From contig NW_025767001.1 of assembly GCF_003918875.1 (NCBI RefSeq), forward strand, positions 992,001 to 1,056,000: a stretch of 64,000 nt of DNA, read 5' to 3'. The DNA comes from Haliotis rubra. Its lineage: Eukaryota. How positions within the stretch are numbered: position 1 is the stretch's first letter; each line of letters begins with the position of its first letter. The position numbers and the translations under genes are program-made. Below the pieces are notes generated by a model. The model ran no database searches. It was given only the letters and a program-made list of their open reading frames with translations, and was not told the DNA's origin. Shown piece after piece: positions 12,252 through 24,715 of the stretch.

Positions 12252-13324
12252 AGGTCACTTGCAACGTAAAACACAACTTTGCAGATTTTGATACCTTTCG
12301 GTATGGACTTACCGAAACAAATCATCAAAAATGCAAATTCAACTTATAAAGTTGAAAAATAACGCGATGAAAAAAACCGCGCGAAATCGGAGTTCAAACG
12401 ATTCACTAATTTTCCCCCGACTTTTCCGGGGAAAACGGGTTTCAACAGCTGGGCTGCGCTCATAGCACGTGCGCAGTGAAAATAGGTTCGCACAGGTTGG
12501 AAGCGGGCTGTCCGGTGAATACTCGGTGAAGGCTTTGGTGTGAGCTATTTTCCTAATGTTTTGTTGATATCTCACAGGCGCGAGCTTTTTATATGTTATG
12601 ACAGTAAATAAACTGTTTATATAATTTCATTTCTCTATTTCACCAAACGTTCTTCTTACCGAGTCACTTTCTCAGTTCGATACTTAAAAGCACTGTCATT
12701 ATTTAGCGTTGACATAATTTCTAACTGTGATATAGATATGTCGTTGTCGGAGACAAAACTCAATGTCTTGTTTTATTGACACCTGTGTGTCTGCCTGCCT
12801 GTCTGCTAATGACAATATTCAATACACAACTGGGATCACTGACCACATGCAATTTGAACTTAACACCAATCAGGCTATACATCATAAACAAACTGCATTG
12901 ATTTATGGCCCAAGTTCGGTCTCTGTCACATTATGTAATTACACAGACAGGCTGGTGTGATACTTGAACACATGACATGTTATGATGTCTGTTGATTGTA
13001 AAATGTTATACACAAAAGAAGAGCATGTATTTACAAAACCCAACATCTCTATATATACACACACAATGAGCCGTGAGGGCATCTGCAAATGAAGCAACCG
13101 TTACAATTGAGTGCACACCCACCCGCTCTGACTGGGTTCGGTATCCCGGCTGCTTCGTTTCTTGGGAAGTAAACCCAAGTACACAATATTGCACTTTTGA
13201 TTTGCGATTGTACGCTTATAATTTTGTTTATATGTTTTTTCATAACCAGCAATGTATATTATATGTCATGAATAAGTGATAATTGTGTTTTAATTATATT
13301 TGATTTTTTGATTGCCTGTGACCT
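12252..13324. mobile_element. Kolobok-like non-autonomous DNA transposon, second related copy
   Basis: TIR AGGTCACTTGCAA / TTGCCTGTGACCT, TTAA-type flanks, both ends homologous to 9388-10597 with a different interior. Confidence 0.8.
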
Positions 13325-13507
13325 TTAACGATTATGTAATGAATAGTTTCTCAACTAGAAATATCCACCACATATAAAAACAGATTAACACATGTCCCAT
13401 GCTATCGTTCACCATTGAGAACAGATATAAACCGCACCTTGGGTTATTTTGTAGTGACTGTTGCATGCTCAGGAAAGACGCTCGCTATTTGTTCTCTTAA
13501 AAATAAA

Positions 13508-13732
13508 TTATTCGATATCGTATCTAAATTCGCCGGTCTGAGGGAATTCGTTCACCCATGGAGAGAACGCACACAACGCGCCTCCCTTCCTACACCTTCC
13601 TCGACGTCTTTGTCCATCATCATTGCGACATGCAAACTTCAGTATGCTTGGCTTGGTTTCTAACCGTTCTCTGTAAGCACAAACTATTGGAATCAACCAT
13701 ATCAGCACCTCCGTTTGATGCCAACACTTCAT
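13508..13732 (-). CDS. Candidate first exon or ORF of a small secreted cationic peptide (74 aa if unspliced)
   Basis: ACAATGA start context, N-terminus MKCWHQTEVLIWLIPIVCA resembles a signal peptide, basic clusters RRRGR and RK, single-copy in the window, upstream motif cluster. No homologue recognised. Confidence 0.4.
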   Translation of the reverse strand: MKCWHQTEVLIWLIPIVCAYRERLETKPSILKFACRNDDGQRRRGRCRKGGALCAFSPWVNEFPQTGEFRYDIE

Positions 13733-13856
13733 TGTAATCAACAACAAGTGTAGCTTGTATCTTATTTATTATGCCTCGTTACTTTGTTTCTTTGTCGCTG
13801 CAATTCTTGCTGGCTGAACAGAGCACTCTTTTAGCAGTCTTTGAGATAAGGATGGA

Positions 13857-14225
13857 CTTATAAATAAACTGGAACTAGTCAAAGAGATTACCGGGGGGAA
13901 TATAAATGGACTATTTATGAAAGATTCATCCGCGTACGATAAGATCGAGTTGTAATTTGTTTTAATCATGTTTAACGGAAATGAATTCGTGACAAAGATC
14001 GTTGTCACGAAAATGGTATCACCAGCGCTGATTACATTTTCCTGATAACGCCTTCCAATGATGTCATGGGTGCCTATCCTTGAGCGGCGTGACGTCATAA
14101 CGTCAACTGCCATGGTTACCACGAACTATATGTACACGTGTTTTTTTCATCGAATGTTTGATTAACGATTTCTTAAAGGGAAGCACATATTTCAATAATT
14201 AATAGACAATCTTAGGGGGCTTCCC
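13857..14225. promoter_or_regulatory. Putative promoter/enhancer cluster (TATA-like, CRE, X-box-like, kB)
   Basis: TATA-like 13857-13866, perfect CRE TGACGTCA 14090-14097 plus TAACGTCA 14098-14105, RFX X-box-like ACTGCCATGGTTAC 14106-14119, GGGGCTTCCC 14216-14225 fitting GGGRNWYYCC. Confidence 0.45.
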
Positions 14226-14484
14226 ATCGTTTTCATGTAATCCCCTCCTTCATCATTGTCAATACGAATAGATGCCTGTCATAAACACATGGCCTAGAAG
14301 GAATGCCCATATGTGATGTTCAATGCATAGAGGTGGAAGCAAAATGTCTTAAATTCCTGCAGAATAAAAAATATCTAAGTGAAGGTTACCAGAACAATAA
14401 CGATAATATGATAATTGCCTCTGTCTTAGTAATTGATGGCAAAATGTCAGAAAGAAGAAATTTGATAATAATGCCCTTTGACTT

Positions 14485-14723
14485 TGTTTGTTATCCAACG
14501 CCGCTCACATCAACATTTCACCTATATGGCGGCGGTCTGTAAATAATTGAATCTGGACTAGACAGTCCAGTGATCAACAGCAAGTGTTTCGATCGACGCA
14601 TTCAGGATCCGATGACATGTGTCAACCAAGTATGCAAATCAGCGAGTCTGACCACCCGATCTCGTTGTTCGCCTCTTACGACAAGACTTGCTGAAGACCA
14701 ATTCTAACCCGGATCTTCTCTGG
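14485..14723 (-). mobile_element. Family B retroposon, diverged
   Basis: Reverse complement of the family consensus. Confidence 0.8.
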
Positions 14724-17439
14724 TCTGCCCTTTGACTGAGTGAAGTTTGCATTAACGGTGTTTTGACTAGTATTGTGTCATATTATGGCCTGCCATTGCT
14801 TTGCAGAAGGAAAGCCCGAAGTCAGGCATATCTCAGATGTTTACCCCTTTGTTGAAACCCACATGAACGAAACATGGGTTCGGAGCAAACAGGGATTGGC
14901 AAAGGGGTAGCAACTTTTGCACAACGAATTGCGTCGCTTTGTATGACCGGGTCATCCTTAACTCCATGAACAGCAGTTATTTGATGAAAAGGTGTTTACA
15001 TAGGACAGGGTAATACGCACATATACGGTAAAGCTACCAAACCGAAACATGAGTCTCATCAACCAAATCAGACATTGACCTACTTTTCAGCCGATCCGAA
15101 TTTTCTCGTATGAAAGTGAAAAGAGACACTACAAAAAACTATAGTTACACGAAATTCCAATTCCTTGTTTCATAAGAAAATGGTATTTACAAATGAATTT
15201 TAATTTTAAACTTTAAAAAAATCGTATTTCTATATTATATGGCGAGGTTTAGGCAGCATGACGTTAACTAAGACGTCACAGACTGCCCCTGTTTGATGAG
15301 GTCGTAAAATGATTCACAATTCATCTGGCTCGCTGGTTACGCCTGTTACGTGTTTCTCGCGCTTATTCGGTGTATTTTCATAACGTACAATGTGATTGAT
15401 ATAATATCAAGTCCGTACCAGACCGCCAAACTTATCTAGCGGCCGAGCCTCGTTTTGAGATTTCCACGATTTCCAGATTCCGTTTGTCAAAGCACGCTGT
15501 ACGACAGAGCACGCTGCACGACGAGTTTGCAACGATTAGAAAGAGCGAAGTGTTGCAATATACAAGTGAATAATAACAAATAATACTGATTAATATTTAT
15601 GTATCCAGTTGAAGGAGTTGATCTAAAAATTCTGGACTGGTTATTGTACTAAGTTGCGCAATAGGACGGAAACCCAGTCAGCAGGAAACGAGACTGTTGT
15701 GTAATCAATGTTTTGACTTACTCTGGCCTACGAAAATGAATTCCTCCTAACACCTAGTTAACATAAATACCGTACTCAATTATATAAAACTGAAAAAAAC
15801 CTGATGAATGTTTAAAGATATAATAGTGAATAGACGGAAATACAGGAAGAGGAAGAGATTAGCTACAGAGCAATCTTGTTGATGGGTTATCTGTGTTTAG
15901 TGATCTAATCCGGTGATTGCGTGCAGGGAATATACAGAACAATTAAGCTAAATCGGGCTAAATTTAAAGTTAGAAATCCATTTCTATAAATGTTAGTACA
16001 CATTTACCGACCTTGAAATAGACTGACACTCAGCAATACAATGTGACGTCACCTGGTATAGTAATGTGTTAACCCTACGTCATGAAATTGAAAATATATT
16101 TGACATATTTCTTTTCACATAACAATAATAAAACAATGTATTTTTTCCTAAATCAGATTGCTAAATTCTTCGAGGAAATTAATGTATAAACTATTTTCTG
16201 TGCGTTATGTCTGTGCATCGTTCAACAGCCTATTCCGTATTCATATCAAAGCCATAGTTTACTTCATTTATTCATTACATTACCACTGCGTTTTTCTCAA
16301 TACAGTAATATGTAACACACGTACCGTTGTCGATTGGAGCCGTAAAAGAATATAGAAACATGTCCTCATGAGCTCCTTAGAGAGAAAGAGAGTTTTTATG
16401 AATGTTCTTGTAATACCACAGAGAGGCACCAAATATTGGTCACTCGTGTTGGGAATCGAACCCTTTGGCATCACAGATAATTCTTTTAACCGCAAACCAA
16501 CCCCCCGGCCCCCGACGTCAAGAGTATGTCAGGAGTGTTGTGGAGATATACCGTGTGTTGTCAGCACCACCCACACATGTACGCGTGGGCCTGAAACAGA
16601 CGCAGACAGGGGTGAGCTGTTCTACGTCAACTACCGTGATGAATCACAGATGGTTTACCGCGCCATGGACACGATCCACAGCTACTCGGAACAAGGTGTC
16701 ATGCAAGGTTAAAACGCAATGGTTCACTGCGTCAGTATGGGAAACTGACGTTTTAGTGACGTTGGAAAACTGACGTTTTAGTGACGTTGAGATGGCGCCA
16801 TGATGATTAAACTGTTGAAATAGGCATGGTTGACATGGACGGATTCACAAATTATTGTAAATGTAGAATTTACAGAAGCTTTTTGATGTCCATATTTTTC
16901 TACATATTCACTATCGGTTATGTAGAGTCTGGACGCTGCTAGGTTTAGAATGCAGCTGGTGAAACATGACTGATTTTGTTGTGTAAAGCAACAGTTTCAG
17001 AAGATATAAAAAATTAAGTGTTGGGCTGGGTAACAAGGCTGCACGTTTTCCATCCGACAAAATCAACTTTCAGGTGTTTTTACACTTAAAAACAACAAAC
17101 AGCAGCTCTAATTGTCATCAATGTTTAGATACAACCTTAAAGAGACCACATGTCCTGCAGGTTAAAATAATTCTTTTGGGTATTTGGTGTCTGGTTTTGT
17201 TTCGTTTATCTAACTGTTCTGTGAAGGGACGATTCTCCACATGCAAACTAACGTCCCTTAGCCGCTAAATTAGTCAAGGTTTCGATTCCCTGAATCGGTT
17301 CGTCCTAGATCCATACGATGGTAAATGCCTTTAGTTTATACCTGTGTCGCTGTACCATTCCTTCCACCTTGAGTCACATGCTGACAGTTATCTGAGTAAT
17401 GGTATGTTTCATTGACATTTTAGAAGTTGATGAATAATA

Positions 17440-17605
17440 AGAAAAGTATAATACTTTATGGATAACAACTTAATATTTTAATATTCATAATATTTTATTA
17501 TGATGCGACGTCTTGCTTGAAAGCTGTATAAGAAGCTATAACGAAACGTCGCATCATAATAAAATAAAGAAGTTGTCATCTATAAAGTATTATACTTTTC
17601 TAATA
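17440..17605. mobile_element. Penelope-like inverted terminal remnant
   Basis: Imperfect palindrome around CGAAACGTCGC...AATAAA, related to 40044-40214. Confidence 0.55.
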
Positions 17606-18914
17606 ATCTGAGCACCATAAAGTTCACGCTGAAAGAACAGGGACTACGTCGGTGCAAAATATTTTGTTTGACATTTTATTACTTTGAATGTTGTCCGCAT
17701 ACCGACACATAGTTAGAGATATTGTATTATGAAAAACGCGGTTTCGGAATTACTGTTCGACTGCACGACTATTTTCTCCACGATCAAATCTTTTATGTAA
17801 ATATTACCAATGGAACAATTATGTGTGAAATATTTAGTACGCCACAAAACACAATGCTATTGTATGTGTTTACTTCTGTGGTTTTCCCAGCATTAAATGG
17901 TGAATATATTTAATTGCAATCTTTCCCTGACAAGGATATGTAAACAGATATAGGAACGGGCATACTTTCTGCTTGATCCCAACAGATCAAATTTACAGAA
18001 AACTATCAAAAATTGAAATCAACTATTTAGCAATAAAGTATGTATATGTAAATTACTTACAATAGTTCGCATTTGATACTTTCTCTAGTTATCATACCAG
18101 TCATAACTTCAAAAGAAACGTGACGTCTTTAAATCATTAAATGTCACCCTCAAAATGAGAAGTTGTCCTTTGACTTATTATCAAGATATAAAGAACGAAT
18201 AACAATTTGTTGTGAGTTTCATGCAAAGCAAGCTTTGCAAAAGTACCCGGAAAGAATGTTTGACTATTCTACATGTCATCTGCTTCGCAAATAGGTTTCC
18301 TGACGAACATAGCAAACTGCATCACTGGGAGTCCCTAAGGGCGTGACTCGTGTGACGATGATATCGACGAAGGAGCGTGACATCTTCACAGTAGGCGTGG
18401 TGATTAGAAGTAAGACATGATTAACTGATGGTGATTAATGAAAGGAGGAGCCAGCACCATTGCTTGACAACGGTGTAAAGAGCTTTACCGAAACATAGCT
18501 TCATAAATGGATGAGCAAGTTGTCAAAAATACTTTACTCAATTAGAAAGTTCAATTTAATTTGTATATCTAACATTGGCAATAGAAAAAATTAATCAATA
18601 GTTGATCACCAAGGTTACTGTGCAGTTTTTGCGATACTTAAATTGTAGACCTATGCCAGTGCTTCACTCAAATAAACTTTTATAAAGGATTCGACGATTT
18701 GAAATTACTTTCTGGTTGTTTAAAAGGCTTCTAGTTTGTTTGTTTGTTTGTTATTTGACGAAATAAGAGCCATCACTGATATTTAGTGTTCTATTCATAT
18801 ATTGTTTACAGTAATTTTGCCTTTTACACAAAATGGAATATGTTTCCTTGGATAATTGAGACTGGCCATTCTTTTGCGTGTTACACACCTTTATGCTTGG
18901 CACTTTTATAATGG

Positions 18915-19145
18915 CGGCATTAATGGGTACAACAAGGACTGGTCGGCTCGGAGTCAGTTTAATGTGTCTGAGTGGGGTATTCATGCTTCACTGCGGCATG
19001 GTATCTCAGTGGGCTAGCACTATAAAACCAGCTTCAGTCTGGGCTAGTACAAGCAGCCACACATACACATACACACGCATGCACGTCGTCATATGAGCAA
19101 AATATTCCCAAGCACGACGTTAAACCCAATTTCACCTCACCTCAC
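18915..19145 (+). mobile_element. SINE family C, 5'-truncated
   Basis: TSD CTTTTATAATGG, (CACCT)n tail. Confidence 0.9.
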
Positions 19146-20396
19146 CTTTTATAATGGTCAGGCTTGGAGACTTGTAGCTCAGCGGAATGGATAGCTGATT
19201 GTGATACTGATCACAGGGTAGTCTGGTCACCACTACAAAGTATCTGCACTCATATAACAAGAACATTGTTTGTGGAGGCGTAATATGTAAAACAATCACT
19301 TACCTTTTTACTTATTTTCTGAAAAATGTGTGGGGACGAGTGCTGCCGATATATCAATACCCACTTGCCTTTTCCATAAACACCCTGTGTCGCTCTAATT
19401 TCATGAGATCAATTCACATTGTCTTCATTTGACGGCCACGATATTCGAGACTGATTATTTTCTGGAGTTTGGATTTTGACTCTCCCTAACATGCCAGTAT
19501 AAACATGATGTAGGGTTGTTTTACTCAGTTGATGTTGCAACACATGGACATTGTAACTCAGGTTAACGCAACGTCATGTTACCTGTTATGGCACCACATA
19601 ATTATGTTCTCTCGTGAAATGGAATCAAACATGATTAACAGTAGGAAAATGGTAGTATTGACAGGTATTTCAACTCTTTCAATATAACGTGTTGCTATAA
19701 TGCGACCGGGCAATTAAAAATATACCGGCGAGTGAGTGAGTGAGTGTGGGAGGGAGTGAGGGAGGGAGGGATGGAGCGAGTGAGATTTCAGCGTGGTAAG
19801 TGTACTAACCACTACGAACCATGTTCTGCGAAGGAGCGAAAAATACAGCTAATACGATCAATAAATTCAATGTCTTAGACCCCAACATTACAAGAATGAA
19901 TACGCCAAACGATTATTAACCCCTTCAGAGTTCCCTCCCTTTATCCCTCCCTTTATCCATCAGCGGTAAGTGCCTGTATTTTTGGGGCGCTTCTGCAGAC
20001 CCGCTAATTTACTGTTATGTATACGTATACTGATCGGATCTCAAACGTATCTACATTTCATTCCCAATGCTTTTACAATATATATTGATGGAATATATAA
20101 CGTTACTGTATCACCGTACATCCGTGATACTTCGCATACGTTCTGAAATCTCATCATGTTCAGTAAAAATATGAAAGTCGTGAATGCACGCGAGCAGATT
20201 ATCATGTCACAGACTCTACGGATTTTTAATGTTTCATCAACTATGCCAAGGTGAAATATCAAAAAGTGTTCATCTCTTGTGTAAACCGCTCAATGTAGAT
20301 ACATCATTCCTTGACAAAGAGTGTTGTTTCCAGGTTAAGGTGTTAGTTTTTAAATTTTCAGCACGTCAATATAAATGATCCAGTGACTTGGATTCG

Positions 20397-20837
20397 TATG
20401 GAATCCGAGAAGGGACATTGTCGCTATGTCGCATTGTCGCCCTCTCAAAAACAAGTAAAGTGAGGCAAAATAAACCAAAATGCGACACGCGACACGCGAC
20501 ATCGCGACAACGCGACATTTCGCCCATTTGTCGCATTGTCGCGGTGTCGCGTGTCGCGTTTTGAATAATATTTTTCTATTCCTCCAAAGGGCGACATGCG
20601 ACATAGCGACAATTTCAAGGTCAAAATATGTCGCGTTGTCGCCCGTCGCCCTATCTAAGATGTGTGAAAAGAAGCCTAAAAATTCATTAAAACGCGACAC
20701 GCGACATCGCGACAATGCGACAAATGGGCGAAATGTCGCGTTGTCGCGTGTCGCGTTTTGGTAAATTTTGCATGTATTTGAGAGGGCGACAACGCGACAA
20801 TGCGACAATGCGACAATGTCCCTTCCAGGATTCCATA
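20397..20837. mobile_element. IS3EU-like foldback MITE
   Basis: Termini TATGG...CCATA, about 28-bp TIR, perfect 6-bp TSD GATTCG, interior built of TGTCGC/GCGACA inverted repeats. Confidence 0.8.
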
Positions 20838-21017
20838 GATTCGACATATAATTGAAATGTAGTTTACAACGTCGTTACCCAAACTAATCCACTCACTCAC
20901 ACACAATTTACTCAAAGAAAGTATTTCTTTGGTGTAGGGGAAGGGGAGGTAAAGGGTAGGGGTATTGTTCCCATGCCATCAGTGGTACTGATTCAGAATC
21001 TTCAGAATCCCCTTGAA

Positions 21018-21184
21018 AGTGAGTGAGTGAGTTTAGTTTTACGCCGCTTTTAGCAATATTCCAGCAATATCACGGCGGGGGGCACCAGAAATGGGCTTCA
21101 CACATTGAACCCATGTGGGGAATCGAGCCCGGGTCCTCGACGTGACGAGCGAACGTTTTAACCCCTGGGCTACCCCTCCGTCCC
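21018..21184 (-). mobile_element. SINE family A
   Basis: Family consensus; head abuts the left arm of the inverted duplication. Confidence 0.9.
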
Positions 21185-21404
21185 GATACTGATATCAGAT
21201 CTCATTGATTCGATACTGAAATGGTATTACTTGTGGTTTTGTCGCTTTAATTGACAGAGAACTTTGCATTGTAACGGAATGAACACTCATAATTATTTCT
21301 GACAGAAGCGCCAGTCTGGTTCTACTCTTACATGAAGAAGATCAAATTTGGTTTCATATAACATTAAAGGAATCTGATGAATATTATGTAATTTGAAAAC
21401 CATA
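21185..21404. repeat. Left arm of a 220-bp inverted duplication (partner 24496-24715)
   Basis: Reverse complement of 24496-24715 with one mismatch seen. Confidence 0.95.
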
Positions 21405-21789
21405 TGCGTGGAACACCCATGGCATTTTGTTTGTGTTACGTACAGTATTCGCCAGGCTAACAACTTTCATGTCAACCAAACACACAACCATACATTTCTG
21501 CTGGTATATTAAAGCGACCACTGGTAGCATGTAGATTGTATTTTCTGCTGGTAAAAATGGACAATTTGGGCACAGACCAGTCGTCAAGTATCTTCAACTG
21601 AAAGGACAACTACAACACTCACTCATACGGGCATGATATCATCTATAGTCATCTATACGGGATGTTGCTTCATTTTTGTCACTGTCGGCAAAGTCCAAAA
21701 GGCGAGGAAAAACTTATGGAAGAAGAAGATTATGCAAGCTCAGGGGGATGGGAACTGACTCCGCGAAAGATAAGTTTGACACAATGCAT

Positions 21790-22271
21790 GTGGTGGTGGT
21801 GGCGGAATTGGGTTTAACGTCGTACTTGAGAATATTTCGCTCATATGACGACGTGCATGCGTGTGTATGTGCGGCTGCTTGTACTAGCCCAGACGTAAGC
21901 TGGTTTTATAGTGCTAGCCCACTGTGGTACCATGCCGCAGTGAAGCATGAATACCCCACTCAGACGGTAACCTCCCATTACCCCTACATGCCACTACCCC
22001 TACAGCTTATAACAACATAGTTTATGGTCTGTTGCATAACTAATCTCCTGCCTGTTACCTATTCCATACAGTGGACTGGTCCACTTAAGATGCACAACAT
22101 GACACAAGACACGAGCCGACCAGTCCTTGATGTACCCATTAATGCCGAGCGCCAGGCGGGGACCAACAAGTACCATATTTTAACGTCTTTTGGTATGACG
22201 CGGTCGGGGATCGAACCCGCGACCTTCCGCTCTCCGGGCGGACGCTCTAACCACTACACCACGGAGGCGGT
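21790..22271 (-). mobile_element. SINE family C interrupted by a foreign insert of about 146 bp (21966-22111)
   Basis: Both halves match family C; TSD CACAATGCAT. Confidence 0.88.
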
Positions 22272-22483
22272 CACACAATGCATATGATTATAGATGGCCA
22301 ACTCACGTCAATACATTAACCATATACGGCAGTGCAGTAACCGTGAGAGCATTCTGAGAAGTTTCTTTTCGCTTTGTTCCAATACTTCTGATTTTCTGAT
22401 CAGAATTGCTACCGGTTCATTATTAAAGCAGTCCCCGCGGTTTCGGTTGAACTACATATAGCCACAAATGTCAAGTAATCACC

Positions 22484-22650
22484 GGGGCGGTGGGGTAGCC
22501 TAGTGGTTAAAGCGTTGGCTCGTCACGCCGAAGACCCGGGTTCGAATCCCCACATGGGTACAATGTGTGAAGCCCCTTTCTGGTGTCCCCCGCCGTGATG
22601 TTGCTGGAATATTGCTAAAAGCGGCGTAAAACCAAACTCAATCAGTCAGT
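22484..22650 (+). mobile_element. SINE family A, full length
   Basis: Consensus match, imperfect TSD AGT(A/G)ATCACC. Confidence 0.93.
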
Positions 22651-22842
22651 CTAGTGATCACCACTAGCAGACTGAGACTAAATAACAGTTAAAGCAGTGG
22701 AAACGTCTCATGTCTATTCTCGGGAGAAATTCCAACCAATCCTTGAAGAAACAATTATCTGGCAAACATTGTGCAAATGATGAGACCACTTCTTCACTGG
22801 TGGACACCTTCTAACAAATAACCTGCAGCCGACTCCAACAAC

Positions 22843-23182
22843 GGAGATGGGGTAACCTTGTGGTTAAACCGTTCTTTCGTCACGGGGGCGGTGGGGTAGT
22901 CTAGTGGTTAAAGCACTGGCCCGTCACGCCGAAGACCCGGGTTCGAATCCCCACATGGGTACAATGAGTGAAGCCCATTTCTGGTGTCCCCCGCCGTGAT
23001 ATTGCTGGAATATTGCTAAAAGCGGCGTAAGACCAAACTCAGTCAGTCAGTCTTTCGTCACGCCGAAGACCCGGGTTCGAATCCCCACATGGGTACAATG
23101 AGTGAAGCCCATTTATGGTATCCCCCGCCGTGACATTGCTGGAAAATTGCTAAAAACAGCGTAAAACTAAACTCACTCACTC
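22843..23182 (+). mobile_element. Nested SINE family A pair (inner copy 22885-23050)
   Basis: Inner copy flanked by TSD TCTTTCGTCACG that splits the head of the outer copy. Confidence 0.9.
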
Positions 23183-23186
23183 AGGA

Positions 23187-23465
23187 CCAGTGACAATCCG
23201 CTTTAGAATTGGTCCTCAGTAACCCATGCTTGTCTTACGAGGCAACTAACGGGATTCGGTGGTCAGGCCCGCTGACTTGGTTGACACATGTCATCATTTC
23301 CCAAATGCGATGATCGATGTTCATGATATCAGACACTGGCCTGTCTTGTCCAGACTCGATTATTTACATACCGCCGTGATATTGCTGGAATATTGCTAAA
23401 AGCGGCGTAAAACTGAACTCTCATACCACCGTCAAACAGCTTGGATATTTCTGAACAACAAACAA
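23187..23465 (+). mobile_element. Family B retroposon with a family A tail fragment inside
   Basis: Diverged family B body; CCGCCGTGATATTGCTGGAATATTGCTAAAAGCGGCG at 23371-23420. Confidence 0.75.
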
Positions 23466-23864
23466 TCTAATGGAATGCAATAGCTGACATCTTGCATAAT
23501 CCTGACCGATGTTGATTCCCTCTATCTTAACGGATTGCTTCCTCGGCAAAACGGCAGTGACAGAAATGCGGGGTTGCTAACGGTACATGCAGTGATTACA
23601 CATATAAACTTTGTACTTAAAATGTGTATGTGTGCAGACCTGGTCTCGTCACTATATGGCTGAAATAATGCCGATAGTGCCTAAAACTTTAACTCACTCA
23701 CCCACTAATTGCCATGTTAGGCGTTTGATTACATGTATTTTCTTTCGAAGCAAATAATGTTGTCATGAGAAGTACTTGTAAATAGTGGGCGGTAGGATAA
23801 CAGAGATGAGGGTTCGGTGTCTGCTATGTACGGAAACCGTTTATGGTGAGACCAACCTTGCTGA

Positions 23865-24060
23865 GCGAGTGAGTGAGTGAGTGAGTGGGTGAGTGGGTGA
23901 GTGGGTGAGTTCGGTGTTACGCCGCTTTTTGCAGTATATTCCAGCAATATCACGGCGGGGGACACTAGAAATGAGCTTCACACGTAATACCCACTGGGAA
24001 CCTGGGTCTTCGGGGCGCGAAGTGCGAACGCCTTAACCACTAGGCTAACACACCACCCCC
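23865..24060 (-). mobile_element. SINE family A, diverged
   Basis: (GAGT)n plus family body. Confidence 0.8.
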
Positions 24061-24495
24061 CCCCACCACCCCCACCCACACACACACACACACACACCTT
24101 GCTGAGAGCAGTGTAAAACTCACACACTGGCATAGCGACGTTAAACAATGAAATACTTGCTATCAATGCTGGTGCAACATTTATTATAAGTTATGAGTGG
24201 AATAACCGTACCTCATCGCCTCCCCCACCCCACCCCTCTACGCCCCCTCTCCCTCCCTCAACACAAACACACACACACACACCACACAAACCTCAATTGT
24301 TCACGTCGGATCCTATACAATAATAGCAACTAGATATTTCATACGTCAGAAGACTTGTTGGTGTACCTAACACCAACGGTGTTGTGCCTTTCTAATTACC
24401 GCAGATATTCGACACTTCACCCTAACCTATACAAATAGAACGATATATTACCGGAATAGCAGATCCAGACGAGTCAGGTAATACTCAATATAAAG

Positions 24496-24715
24496 TATGG
24501 TTTTCAAATTACATAATATTCATCAGATTCCTTTAATGTTATATGAAACCAAATTTGATCTTCTTCATGTAAGAGTAGAACCAGACTGGCGCTTCTGTCA
24601 GAAATAATTATGAGTGTTCATTCCGTTACAATGCAAAGTTCTCTGTCAATGAAAGCGACAAAACCACAAGTAATACCATTTCAGTATCGAATCAATGAGA
24701 TCTGATATCAGTATC
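24496..24715. repeat. Right arm of the 220-bp inverted duplication
   Basis: Reverse complement of 21185-21404. Confidence 0.95.

Noticed and set aside
20350-20915. ORFs up to 165 aa
   Set aside because: Lie within the palindromic MITE
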